DNA from: Nitrospirales bacterium
Lineage (GTDB): Bacteria; Nitrospirota; Nitrospiria; Nitrospirales; UBA8639
Assembly: GCA_965203295.1 (NCBI GenBank)
Contig: CBDBCZ010000019.1
Location: forward strand, 1,376,001-1,440,000
Direction: 5' to 3'
DNA: 64,000 nucleotides
Below, one piece after another: positions 42,959 through 54,740 of the stretch (position 1 is its first letter; every line of letters starts with the position of its first letter). The position numbers were made by a program, and so were the translations under genes. Under the pieces are notes generated by a model, which did no database searches, had not been told where the DNA came from, and saw only the letters and a list, made by a program, of their open reading frames with translations.

Positions 42959-44389
42959 ATGACCTATGAGACTGTTGTTGGGCTCGAAGTTCATGCCCAG
43001 TTGTTGACTCGTTCTAAATTGTTTTGTGGGTGCGGTACCGAGTTTGGATTACCCCCCAATACGCAAACCTGCCCAGTGTGCCTGGGAATGCCTGGTACGC
43101 TTCCTGTTCTGAATTCTCAAGCTGTGGAAATGGCATGTCGAGCGGGCTTGGCCTTGAATTGTACGATACCGGACACCAATCGTTTCGCTCGAAAGAACTA
43201 CTTCTATCCGGATCTTCCCAAGGGGTATCAAATTTCCCAGTATGAAGCTCCAATTTGTGAACATGGATGGCTTGATATCAAAGTCAATGGTACGAGTATA
43301 AGAGTTCGAATTCGGCGCGCACACCTTGAGGAGGATGCAGGCAAAAATATGCATTTGTCTGAGATGAATGGAAGTTTAGTGGATCTCAACCGGACAGGGA
43401 CTCCCTTGTTGGAAATTGTGACCGAGCCAGATATGGGGTCATCAGAAGAAGTGGTGACCTACCTGAAGTCGCTCAGGGATATCTTAATGTATCTTGGGTT
43501 CTGCGATGGTAACATGGAAGAAGGGAGCCTTCGATGTGAGCCGAATTTATCGCTTCGTCCAGTTGGATCTAAGGAATTTGGAACAAAGGTCGAACTGAAA
43601 AATCTCAACTCGTTTAAAAATGTGAAAGATGCCCTAGAATATGAAGTCAAGCGACAAACTCGGGTCTTATCAGAGGGGGGCACCATTCTGCAGGAAACGC
43701 GTTTGTGGGATCTCGACAAGGGCGAAACGGCGGTGATGCGGTCAAAGGAAGAAGCTCATGACTATCGGTACTTTCCTGATCCTGACCTCGTCCCGTTGGT
43801 TTTGTCTGAGGAACGAGTCGATGAAATACGCCAAACCCTTCCCGAATTACCGTTGAAACGATATGCTCGATTTGTTCAAGACTATGGGCTCCCTGAGTAT
43901 GACGCGGGTGTTCTCATGAGTACAAAAGCTCTGGCTGATTATTATGAAGCATGTGTGAAGCTCTTTGATGAACCCAAGACGGTGAGCAATTGGGTGATGG
44001 GAGAACTCCTTCGTGAGTTGAATCAATCAGAAACGGATGTATCAGACTCCCCCGTTTCACCTGAGAGTTTGGTATCTTTGCTGAACTTGGTGAGTAATGG
44101 AACCATTAGTTTGAAGGTGGCAAGAGATCTCTTTTCGGAATTCTATAGGAGTGCAAAATCAGCTGAGCAGTTGGTTGAAGAAAAAGGGCTTCGGCAAATC
44201 TCAGATGAAGGTGTCCTCGAGAGTGTGATTCAGAAAGTGCTGGAGAAGAACTCGAGTCAGGTGGATCAGTATCGTGGCGGGAAAGAAACCGTGTTGGGTT
44301 TTTTGGTTGGGCAGGTGATGAAGGCATCACAGGGAAAAGCGAATCCTCAGAAGGTCAATGAACTTCTGAAAAAGGCTCTCGCCGGGTAA
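42959..44389 (+). CDS. gatB: Asp/Glu-tRNA amidotransferase subunit B
   Basis: [51 protein letters not shown]. Confidence 0.98.
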   Translation: MTYETVVGLEVHAQLLTRSKLFCGCGTEFGLPPNTQTCPVCLGMPGTLPVLNSQAVEMACRAGLALNCTIPDTNRFARKNYFYPDLPKGYQISQYEAPICEHGWLDIKVNGTSIRVRIRRAHLEEDAGKNMHLSEMNGSLVDLNRTGTPLLEIVTEPDMGSSEEVVTYLKSLRDILMYLGFCDGNMEEGSLRCEPNLSLRPVGSKEFGTKVELKNLNSFKNVKDALEYEVKRQTRVLSEGGTILQETRLWDLDKGETAVMRSKEEAHDYRYFPDPDLVPLVLSEERVDEIRQTLPELPLKRYARFVQDYGLPEYDAGVLMSTKALADYYEACVKLFDEPKTVSNWVMGELLRELNQSETDVSDSPVSPESLVSLLNLVSNGTISLKVARDLFSEFYRSAKSAEQLVEEKGLRQISDEGVLESVIQKVLEKNSSQVDQYRGGKETVLGFLVGQVMKASQGKANPQKVNELLKKALAG

Positions 44390-44476
44390 AGTTCTTTTCA
44401 TCGTCGGCACCCATGGTCTATTCGATCATGGTTCTTTTTGCGAGAATTTCAGAACCACAAAGATGAGGAAGAGTAG

Positions 44477-45799
<1,323 letters not shown>

Positions 45800-45802
45800 A
45801 AC

Positions 45803-46141
45803 ATGAGAACGGCGAATCGTAAACGGTTGAGGGGATCAACGCCAGCCACTGGTGGAACGAGATCATCACGTCTGGTTTTCATCATCGGAGGCTTCGTCTG
45901 TAGCATCGTTCTTGGTTTATGGGTGTATCATGCCGCAGGGGTTTCTGAATATTTGCATATGCTTGAGGAGATGGAGCGTCTCCAGCATGAAATTCAGAAG
46001 CTTGAAGAGAGCAATGTCGTGCTACGAAAAGACATTGCTCAGCTTGAACAGGATTCCCCTCGGCTTGAAGAGTTAGCACGAAACCAATTAGGGCTTGTCC
46101 GCGAGGGTGAGGTCGTGTATCAGTTGGTGGAACCTCAATGA
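45803..46141 (+). CDS. ftsB: Septum formation initiator FtsB/DivIC
   Basis: TM, coiled coil, LEELARNQLGLVREGE; follows eno. Confidence 0.88.
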   Translation: MRTANRKRLRGSTPATGGTRSSRLVFIIGGFVCSIVLGLWVYHAAGVSEYLHMLEEMERLQHEIQKLEESNVVLRKDIAQLEQDSPRLEELARNQLGLVREGEVVYQLVEPQ

Positions 46142-46271
46142 CGGGTCCAAGCGGCCATAGAAAAGGTGTGCGATGACCAAATGATGACGATGTAAATCGA
46201 GAAGAATTCTGTTTTATCTGCTCTGCTCTTTCTTGCAATTTCTCCCTTATACCCTCACGTAGGTTTTTGAA

Positions 46272-47159
46272 ATGAAAGTCGGTTCGATGGCAATACTCGG
46301 TTGTCCGAATGTGGGAAAGTCCACGTTGGTCAATGCCCTTGTGAACCAAAAAATTGCGATTGTGTCTGACAAACCGCAGACCACCAGAACGAGAATTCTT
46401 GGTGTGGTGCATGATCCGCAAGCCCAACTTGCTCTCGTTGATACCCCTGGGATGCATCGGCCATGGCATCGTTTGAATAAACGGATGGTGCGAACGGCAC
46501 TCGATGCATGTGAAGAAACGGATGTCTTGGCGGTGATGGTAGATGGCAGAAGATTACCTGGTTCTGGGGATCGATTTGTTTTTGACCAAGTGTTGACATT
46601 TATCAAGGGGCGACGGTCGACGCCAGTCTTTTTGTTGATCAACAAAATTGATTTAATGGCAAAGGCTAAAGTTCTTCCCATTATTGATGCGTACCGGACA
46701 TTCGGATTCCTGAGCGAAATTGTGCCAATTTCAGCGAAGACAGGCCTCAATCTTGATCGGCTTTTGCAATTAGCTATTGCCCAGTTACCGGAAGCCGAAG
46801 GCGGGTACGACGAGGAGTTTGTGACGGATCAGTCGCTACGGCAATTGGCGGCAGAAATCATTCGGGAAAAGGTGTTGGAACAAACCCGGGCAGAGCTTCC
46901 GTATGCGGTCGCGGTTCATATTGACCAGTTTGAGGAAGAAAAAAAGCTTGCTCGAATTGCCGCATCAGTATGGGTTGAAAAGCAAGGGCAAAAAGCCATT
47001 GTCATTGGAAAAGGCGGAGCGCGGTTAAAATCAATTGGGACCGATGCCCGACTTGAAATGGAAACAATCTTTGAACTGAAGGTGTTTTTTGAACTTTTTG
47101 TCAAAGTGCGGGAGACGTGGCGAAATGATGATCGATTGCTCATGGAACTAGGATATTAA
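46272..47159 (+). CDS. era: GTPase Era
   Basis: GCPNVGKST, KPQTTR, DTPG, NKID, KH domain VIGKGG. Confidence 0.96.
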   Translation: MKVGSMAILGCPNVGKSTLVNALVNQKIAIVSDKPQTTRTRILGVVHDPQAQLALVDTPGMHRPWHRLNKRMVRTALDACEETDVLAVMVDGRRLPGSGDRFVFDQVLTFIKGRRSTPVFLLINKIDLMAKAKVLPIIDAYRTFGFLSEIVPISAKTGLNLDRLLQLAIAQLPEAEGGYDEEFVTDQSLRQLAAEIIREKVLEQTRAELPYAVAVHIDQFEEEKKLARIAASVWVEKQGQKAIVIGKGGARLKSIGTDARLEMETIFELKVFFELFVKVRETWRNDDRLLMELGY

Positions 47160-48621
47160 ATGTTATTTCCTTTCTTCAAATTACGTCGATCCCAAGAAGT
47201 CGAGAATGGTCTGACTGAGGCAGTCGAAGACAGTAAGGAAGACCAAAGTAAGTTTGATTTGGTGTTACAGTCTGTTCGACGTTTGCTGCGTCGTGGGGCT
47301 ATTACGCACCTCGGCAATCTTGTGGGCAGGTTACACTCCGCCGATGTGGCAAGGGTCATGGGTCACCTTTCATCGGCTCAAGACAAGTGTACGGTCTTTG
47401 AATTGGTTCTGGGAGATAGTGAGCGTGGCAAAGTGTTAAGCGAATTGAATGAGGAAACGATACAGGAGATTTTGGAGGATCGCACTCCTTCAGAAGTGGC
47501 CTGGTTGCTGAGAAATTTGGGAACCGACGATGTGGCCTACATCCTCAGCGTGTTACCGGAAGAACAGACGCAGGAAATTCTCCCGCGTTTGAAAGAGGAA
47601 GAATCCCAAGAAGTTGCCCATATCCTGACGTATCCGAAAGGAACGGCTGGGAATATCATGACGACGGAGTTCTTTTTACTTCCGGAAGATATCATGGCGC
47701 AAGAGGCTATTCAGCGAGTCCAGCAAGCGACGAAGGCTGAGACGGTCTTTTATATTTACGGGACCGATAAAGAGGGGCACCTCACCGGCGTTCTTTCACT
47801 ACGGGAATTATTGACTGTCGCTCCCACTGCACCGCTCAAAGCGTTACTCACCAGAGAGCCAATCAGTGTGACGGTTGATACGCAACACAAAGAGGTGGCT
47901 CAAAAAGTTGCCAATTATAACCTTCTCGCCATTCCGGTCCTTGAATCTGATCGGCGACTGGTGGGAATCATCACGGTTGACGATGTGATCGATGTGATTC
48001 AAGAAGAAGATACCAAGGAGATGTTGAAAATGGCGGGAGCGGTCGAAGAGGATTCGATTCGCCGTCGAAGAGGATTCGATTCGCCATGGTTCAAGTTTGG
48101 AAGCGGTCGGGCTTCGACTTCCCTGGTTGTTCACGAACCTCCTAGGAAGTTTGGCGTCTGGTTTGATACTCTGGTATTTTCGTTTCACCATCCAGGAGGT
48201 TGTCGCCATTGTCACTTTTATCCCAGTCATTGCGGCAATGGGGGGCAATGTGGGACTCCAATCATCGACGCTGATCATTCGTGGGTTGGCAACGGGCCGT
48301 GTGGAAATCAGTGATCTGTGGGTCGTTCTCGCTCGAGAGTTACGAATCGGATTATTGCTTGGAGTTATCTGTGGAGTCATTCTCACAGCTGCCGGGTGGG
48401 TTTGGCATGAGGGAAGTATTCTTGGCTTGGTGGTGGGATTTTCGCTTCTTGTCGCTTTTCTTATGTCGACTGGCATGGCCACGGTGACCCCTTTACTCCT
48501 CAAACGGTTCGGTGTCGATCCGGCTATCGCCGCTGGGCCCTTTATTACAACAGCGAATGACATTACGGGTGTCACGATCTATTTGAGTCTGGCCACTCTT
48601 ATGTTGGAGCACATTCGCTGA
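47160..48621 (+). pseudogene. mgtE: Magnesium transporter MgtE, frameshifted by a 22-bp tandem duplication
   Basis: TAGNIMT CBS pair, GIITVDDVID; membrane domain RLPWL...GGNVGLQ...DPAIAAGPFITTAND is in another frame. Confidence 0.9.
48042..48085 (+). repeat. Perfect 22-bp tandem duplication
   Basis: GTCGAAGAGGATTCGATTCGCC twice. Confidence 0.95.
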
Positions 48622-48653
48622 TTCCTGTTCGAGATTCCTGATTGTTATCTGCC

Positions 48654-49391
48654 ATGTCGTTAGTCAACACTCAAGCTGTGATTTTGAAAAGCCAGCGTTG
48701 GGGAGAAGCTGATCGAATCGTCACCTTCTTTACCTTACGATTTGGTAAAGTTCGGGGTATTGCGAGAGGGGCTCGTCGCATGAAGAACCGGTTTGGAAGT
48801 GGGTTAGAGCCTTTTTCTCATGTGGGGTTGACCGTATTTGAAAAGGGGAATGATTCCCTTGCAAGAATCAGTCAGGTGGACGTGAAAAATAGTTTTTGGG
48901 GATTCCGCGAAAACATGGATTGTATCAATGCTGCAGCCCGAATGGTGAATTTGGTCTCGGCCGTATCAGGAGAGCGGGACCCCAATGCTCCGATGTTTTG
49001 GTCGCTTCTGAACGGGCTAAGAACATTAGAGGAAAGTCCAGACCATGCCTTAACGGCTCTCATTTTTCAAATTCATTTCCTTGGACTGACAGGTTTTCGT
49101 CCTCAAACCGATCATTGTGCGTCTTGTGGGAGGTCATTTTCTGGAAAGGCCGCGGGGTTTTCTCCGCTGAGTGGCGGACTCATTTGCGGACCCTGTGAAT
49201 GTTCCGCCTTAGACCATTGTTTGCCTATGTCGCCAGGAAGTCTAGCCTTTATCCATCATGCGAGGCAGTATGATTTTCCGCACGTCATGCGGCTGAAAGC
49301 AGAAGGGCAAGTTCGGCATGAAGTGAAAGAGGCCATTGAGTCCTATATCAACGTAGTGGTGGGAGCGCGGTTGCCGCTCCCAATTGTGTGA
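48654..49391 (+). CDS. recO: DNA repair protein RecO
   Basis: WGEADRIVTFFT, ARGARR, GLEPF, CxxC...CxxC zinc finger; era-mgtE-recO context. Confidence 0.93.
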   Translation: MSLVNTQAVILKSQRWGEADRIVTFFTLRFGKVRGIARGARRMKNRFGSGLEPFSHVGLTVFEKGNDSLARISQVDVKNSFWGFRENMDCINAAARMVNLVSAVSGERDPNAPMFWSLLNGLRTLEESPDHALTALIFQIHFLGLTGFRPQTDHCASCGRSFSGKAAGFSPLSGGLICGPCECSALDHCLPMSPGSLAFIHHARQYDFPHVMRLKAEGQVRHEVKEAIESYINVVVGARLPLPIV

Positions 49392-49554
49392 CAGTTGATA
49401 ACGTGGTTCTGGCTTTCAAGCTGTGCTCAGATTGCTTGAAAGAAGAAGGTGACGCTTTAGTCAGATGGTGTGTAATCGATAGAGAAAGACGCAATGCAAA
49501 TTCGTCAGGTCAGTGGTAGAAGAGAGAGATCTGATGGTTCAGAGAGAAAATATC

Positions 49555-49923
49555 ATGAGTAATCAATCCCTTATTCCAAAAGATATGAATTGGATTGACA
49601 AGGGGGTCTTTGGTATTGAGTGGAGTGACGGGCATCAGAGTGTGTACCCTGTTCGCCATCTTCGAGAAAACTGTCCTTGTGCAGCTTGTGTCGATGAATG
49701 GACAGGAGAACGGCGTCTGAATCCTGAATCCATTCCTTTGCTCATTATGCTTAAAGATATCGAACCGGTTGGGAACTATGCTCTCCGTTTTAAATGGAGT
49801 GACGGGCATGAGACCGGAATTTATACCTTTTACCATCTGCGCCGATTGTGCCAATGCGATCTGTGCAACCCTGATAGGGCTGCAAACCCCGAAACACGTC
49901 CTCGTTCCCGTCGGCTGCTGTAA
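49555..49923 (+). CDS. DUF971 / gamma-butyrobetaine hydroxylase-like N-terminal domain protein
   Basis: IEWSDGH, LRENCPCAAC, PVGNYALRFKWSDGHETGIY. Confidence 0.88.
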   Translation: MSNQSLIPKDMNWIDKGVFGIEWSDGHQSVYPVRHLRENCPCAACVDEWTGERRLNPESIPLLIMLKDIEPVGNYALRFKWSDGHETGIYTFYHLRRLCQCDLCNPDRAANPETRPRSRRLL

Positions 49924-50100
49924 CCATCCGAAAACATTTCTTCCTTTCTTCATCTGGTAAAGAGTTCAGATAGGCTATTCCCTGAGTTTCTGAGACTGTA
50001 GACTTTTAAACGGTCAATATGGATTCAGCACAGCACCGTTAAAAGAAGACGGCAATTCCCTAACCCCATCTGGATGTTGAATATCACGGAACTCTAAAAA

Positions 50101-51165
50101 TTACCGACGAAATCGGCCTCCCAATGTCTCCTCCTCATATTGAATAAAGAGTTGTTTGGATTCGGGGTGAAGGGTATACCCTTTTCCCTGAACAATCTCC
50201 CCAGATTTGAACAGGGGGGTCACTTTTCCAGTCGGGTGAACATACAATCCCCGCAATGGGACTGAGCGATTGCGATGCTGGATGAGATAGCAATCGGTGG
50301 CTCTAATGCGATTGATCCAGGCTGTGATTTCTTCGGGATTGCCAATGGAGGCGGACAGAAGGAGAAGACGGGCTTGAGACGGGCAGAAGATGATGGTTTC
50401 TTCCCAGACAACCCCGCGTTCGGGATCAGCCAGGTACTGGGATTCGTCTAGGATGACGAGCCCGAGTGTGTCGAGCCGCATATCGATTTCTCCACAAGCC
50501 GCATCATACAACAAGTTTCTCAAAATTTCGGTGGTCATGATGAGGATGGGGGCTTGTGGGTTGTCTCGTCGATCTCCCGTGAGAATGCCTACCTGGTGTG
50601 TCCCAAAAATATGAGAAAACTCCGCAAATTTTGTGTTGGAGAGCGCTTTCAATGGTGAGGTATAGATGACTGTTCGATCTGTTTGTATCGCTTGCCGCAT
50701 GGCTTCAATAGCCACGAATGTCTTGCCACTTCCCGTTGGCACGCTCACAATGACATCTGATTGCTGAAGATGGGTTATGGCTTCTTCTTGCCATGGATCT
50801 GGATGAAACGATCGTGCGGGAGGGATTCCTATTCCCTCAAGCAATGTTTCAAGGGTCGCGGATGGACCGGATGATGGTTCAGCATGTTCCTTAAGGGAAG
50901 TCTTTCTCGATGAGACTTGTTTGCCCTGGGGAACACTCGGGGAAGTCGTTCTTTTTCTCGATTGCCCCACTTTGGTTGGATGTTTGAGGAGGGCGTGCAC
51001 TTCCTTCTGAATCTTGGCACGGGTGTCGGACGGGAGACTCATCATAGCCTCAATGAGACGCGTTTTTCCCATGTAGAAGTGGCGAGGTATCTTCCCTTTC
51101 GCCAGCCAATGGAGGCGTCGAGTGGAGAGTGCTTCCAAGGAGGTGATCAGGTCATGGCTATCCAC
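50101..51165 (-). CDS. Ski2/HelY-like helicase, RecA1 half with N-terminal extension
   Basis: PTGSGKT, YTSPLKALSN, GILTGD, TTEILRN, DESQ, SAS, RSVPL; ends shortly after; no motifs IV-VI. Confidence 0.85.
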   Translation of the reverse strand: MDSHDLITSLEALSTRRLHWLAKGKIPRHFYMGKTRLIEAMMSLPSDTRAKIQKEVHALLKHPTKVGQSRKRTTSPSVPQGKQVSSRKTSLKEHAEPSSGPSATLETLLEGIGIPPARSFHPDPWQEEAITHLQQSDVIVSVPTGSGKTFVAIEAMRQAIQTDRTVIYTSPLKALSNTKFAEFSHIFGTHQVGILTGDRRDNPQAPILIMTTEILRNLLYDAACGEIDMRLDTLGLVILDESQYLADPERGVVWEETIIFCPSQARLLLLSASIGNPEEITAWINRIRATDCYLIQHRNRSVPLRGLYVHPTGKVTPLFKSGEIVQGKGYTLHPESKQLFIQYEEETLGGRFRR

Positions 51166-51296
51166 AGTTATTGCTCATGCTTTTTCGAAATGGTGTAGCT
51201 TGTTAGAATGCTGAACGGGTTTCTGCTCGCTATGGTGTTCGAAGGTATCATTCTTGACTGTGGTGTGAAGCATGATGAAAAGGGTAATAAACTCGA

Positions 51297-53156
51297 TCAC
51301 GGTAACTCCTGTAAGACATCGCGTCGAATGAGGTCGATCGCTTGATTCGCAAGATCAGCCAAGCTCGGGTGGGTCAATTTCAAGCTATATAACTGTGAGA
51401 GATATTCAATGGTTCTTGATAGGAGTCGATAGACGTCTCCTTCTGCCATACTCGTGCGTTGAACAAACGATTCCCAGGGCAGAGTTGGGTTGCTCACCCA
51501 ATGATTAGCCAATGAGGCGACATCTGATCGTAAGAGTGGAGGATCCTCGTACGGAGCGAGAGAATCGGCAACAGCCAGAACTTGAGTGAGGACAGAGGCT
51601 AAGGCTTGACTTCGGCGTGGAAAAGATCCTGGACGGTCATCGTCATGCGCAATGCTTGCGAGAACTGCAGCCAGCAATCCGGGGTCGATACCTGAAAAGG
51701 CATCCATTCGAATCAATTCGGTTAGAAGAAGTGAGTGATTGATGCGGATGAGTCGAGCCCAGTCGCCATCTTCAGTTAATTGGCAGGTGATGGTTAAGTA
51801 ACCAAACTTTTGCAAAACCTCAACGTGTTGTTGAAAGCGGTGCCACAATTCTGAACGAAGGGTTTGAATGGTTTTCGTTAACTGCTGATGTTCCTGGCGA
51901 AGGCGTAAGGCCTGCGCATGATCTTTCCGGCAAGCTTGTTGAGATGGGCAGGTTGGACAGGGAAATTCGTCATTTAAAGTTTCCGCAAGAATTGGATTTT
52001 CACCAGTGTCTATCTCGAGTCGAATGGGTAGCGTGCGAAGTCTTGGTGGGAGTTTCTGGAGTTCATCAGTGATGAGCTCCAAATTATGGGGGGAGCACCA
52101 GGGAAAGCGTTTTGTTTCATGAATGTCAAAAACATTATCGTACACCTGTGTGACCAGACTCGCCGGACATTCTGCGATAGCCCTATGGCCACGAACCAAG
52201 GTCAGCATGGCATGATGACGACCTCGACTTCGGTATTGACGAAGGATCACCCCCCGAAGTTTTCCTAAACTAATAACCCGTCCTGGTGTCAAATAAGGAA
52301 GTCGGGAGGCGACTTCCGGAGAGTCTTTTGATATGGCCAATCGACGGGATGACCGACGCTTTTTTGCCAATTCAAAAATCTGCCATTGCGTGATCCAGTC
52401 TGTGCATTGCCGAGGTCCAAAAGGTTCCATTTGGGTTTGGATGGTATCAAGTTTTTCCTCGAGGATTTCGGCCCGTTGGTTTAATTGAAACTGAGCAAAG
52501 CTCTTTTCCAGAATTGGTTGAATATGATCGACCGTGTGGGCTTTCAAGAGGTTGAGGACCATTGGATAGGAGATGACAAACTGGCTGTCGATTGGTTCTG
52601 TGAAACTCGTGAGGCCTCGGGCGATTACATGGATATCCATGTATGGTGAGGAGGTGACGATGACAAACCCGACAAGATCCTTTCCTCGCCTCCCGCCACG
52701 ACCACCAATTTGTTGGATTTCACCGATGGAGAGTTCTGTAAAATCCCGGGCCTTTCTTATGCTGGATTGCGTGATGACGACGGTACGGGCTGGAAAATCC
52801 ACCCCAGCGGCAAGGGTGGTGGTTGCGAAGACGGCGTCAAGACAGCCTTTTCTCATTAATTCTTCAATGGCAATTTTCCATGAAGGAAGATGCCCAGCAT
52901 GGTGAGCCGCAACTCCAAATTGCTGTACTGTAGGAATGAGAGGGTGATCAGCAATACTTGGATATTCCTCGGATAACTTTTGGATAACTCCGGCAATTGC
53001 GGTAGACCGGCTTGCAGAAATAGGACGCGGACGATACGTAAAGCTCTCTATGGCTTCGTCACATGCTCGTCGTGAAGGAAGGAAGACAATGGCGGGAGTG
53101 AGGTGTTTGTTTCGGAGAATTTCGATTAAATCAGTTGGATGAATGGCGGATGGCAT
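51297..53156 (-). CDS. Ski2/HelY-like helicase, RecA2, arch and C-terminal (DSHCT-like) half
   Basis: PAIVFLPSRRACD, GVAAHHAG, FATTTLAAGVDFPARTVV, QIGGRGGRRG, EGDVYR...IRRD; no Walker A/B. Confidence 0.85.
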   Translation of the reverse strand: MPSAIHPTDLIEILRNKHLTPAIVFLPSRRACDEAIESFTYRPRPISASRSTAIAGVIQKLSEEYPSIADHPLIPTVQQFGVAAHHAGHLPSWKIAIEELMRKGCLDAVFATTTLAAGVDFPARTVVITQSSIRKARDFTELSIGEIQQIGGRGGRRGKDLVGFVIVTSSPYMDIHVIARGLTSFTEPIDSQFVISYPMVLNLLKAHTVDHIQPILEKSFAQFQLNQRAEILEEKLDTIQTQMEPFGPRQCTDWITQWQIFELAKKRRSSRRLAISKDSPEVASRLPYLTPGRVISLGKLRGVILRQYRSRGRHHAMLTLVRGHRAIAECPASLVTQVYDNVFDIHETKRFPWCSPHNLELITDELQKLPPRLRTLPIRLEIDTGENPILAETLNDEFPCPTCPSQQACRKDHAQALRLRQEHQQLTKTIQTLRSELWHRFQQHVEVLQKFGYLTITCQLTEDGDWARLIRINHSLLLTELIRMDAFSGIDPGLLAAVLASIAHDDDRPGSFPRRSQALASVLTQVLAVADSLAPYEDPPLLRSDVASLANHWVSNPTLPWESFVQRTSMAEGDVYRLLSRTIEYLSQLYSLKLTHPSLADLANQAIDLIRRDVLQELP

Positions 53157-53348
53157 GGATAGACTGTCATTGTAGCAAGTTCATCCAAATGAGGAAAAGG
53201 TGGATGAAGAAGGGTCAAGGAGGAAGTGAATATCTCTCTTCTGAGACAAAGAGTGAATGAACTTTAAGACGGTATGAGTGATCATATTAAGAAAGTATGT
53301 CGATTCAGAATTCTCGACGATGCTAGATAGTATTGGCTCAAGGAATAC

Positions 53349-54508
53349 ATGATGCCCCCACCAAATCAATTTTGGGTTTTTGTTTTACTGTGTGCTGTTG
53401 GGTGTTGTTCTTTTATCAGTTACAACCTGGTTCGAATGCCAGCACTTGCCCCTTTTGCAGAATCTCTGGGAGCTGGTCCTTTCGCTGTGAGTTGGGTTGT
53501 TGCGGCTTCAACGCTGACTAGGGTCTTCTTGAAATTTCCCATGGGAGCATTGTCAGATGTTCTAGGGCGGTTCCGCCTGATGTCGGTCGGTGTTTTGGCC
53601 TTTGCCTTGCCTTCCTTTATCTATCCTTTTGTCACAGACGTCACAGAATTAGTTGGATTACGGATCATTCATGGGTTAGCAACAGCCATTTTTACTCCCT
53701 TAGTCCTGGCGATGTTTGCCAGCATGTATGCCCATAAGCGAGGGGAAGCTTTGGGGTGGTATACCTCAGCAGCGCAAGGAGGGGCATTGCTGGGACCCAT
53801 GCTTGGTGGGATTCGGCTTCTCCCAAACATTTGAGACGGCAGGTCTTTTCGGTTTAGTGACTCTCGGCTTGTTTCTCTTGAGCGTTCGTAAGGCAGCACC
53901 AGCCGAATATAAGCCAAGAGAAATCCAAGCGGTGCTTCGTGAACTCCGATTAGGATTGCTTCGCGTGATTCACCACACGCAAATGGTCTCGACAAGCTGC
54001 GCTGAAGCTGTCAAGATGATGGCCAATGGGACACTCATGGCGGTATGCATTATCAGTAGGATTGACGCTCACTGATGGAGGATTTCTCTTTGGAATCCAA
54101 GGCATGACATCCTTTGTATCGAAGCCGATCATGGGTCGGATTTCAGATCGCGTTGGCCGTCGCCCACTGATTGCCTTGGGTCTCGTCTTGTGTTCGGTGA
54201 CGATTGTCGGTATCCCTCAAGTTTCAACGTTTCCCTTTCTGTTGTTTCTCGCTGCAGGCTTTGGATTAGGGGAGGCAATCGTGACGTCGTCGACGGCTGC
54301 ATTTATTGCGGATCTTTTTGACGTGAACAATCTCGGTGCGGGTATAGGGTTACGAGGGACTATCATGGACATTGGTCATGCGGGCGGTCCGATCCTTGCC
54401 CGTGTTTTAGTTGCTTCAATCAGTTATACTGGATCCTTTACGATTATCGGAGGCATTTTGCTTGGGGGCGCAGTCATGTTTTTATGGGCAACAGCTCCCC
54501 AAAAATGA
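53349..54508 (+). pseudogene. MFS transporter broken by two frameshifts
   Basis: GALSDVLGR and GRISDRVGRR motif A copies spread across three frames; breaks near 53810 and 54043. Confidence 0.85.
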
Positions 54509-54613
54509 ACATGTTCCACATTGCCTTTGGTCAATCGTACACAAGACAGGTCTGAGATGCCCATTTATCGATCCTAGGACTTAAGCAGGATCGCTTAAAG
54601 GAGGACGTCATCG

Positions 54614-54739
54614 ATGTCTGAGGAAATGACAACTGGAGACGTGATTATCGGGGTACTTGCAGGACTAGGTGTCTTGGTTCTTATCGTCGTCTTTATATGG
54701 GTGTTCCGGAGTGTTATTCTGAAGAGTAGGGATGAATAG
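54614..54739 (+). CDS. Small single-TM membrane protein (41 aa)
   Basis: MSEEMTTGDVIIGVLAGLGVLVLIVVFIWVFRSVILKSRDE*; AAGGAGG upstream; stop 1 nt before the ribE ATG. Confidence 0.7.
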   Translation: MSEEMTTGDVIIGVLAGLGVLVLIVVFIWVFRSVILKSRDE

Positions 54740-54740
54740 C

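Noticed and set aside
54509..54740. FMN riboswitch upstream of ribE
   Set aside because: No RFN consensus recognised; the interval is occupied by a small membrane ORF
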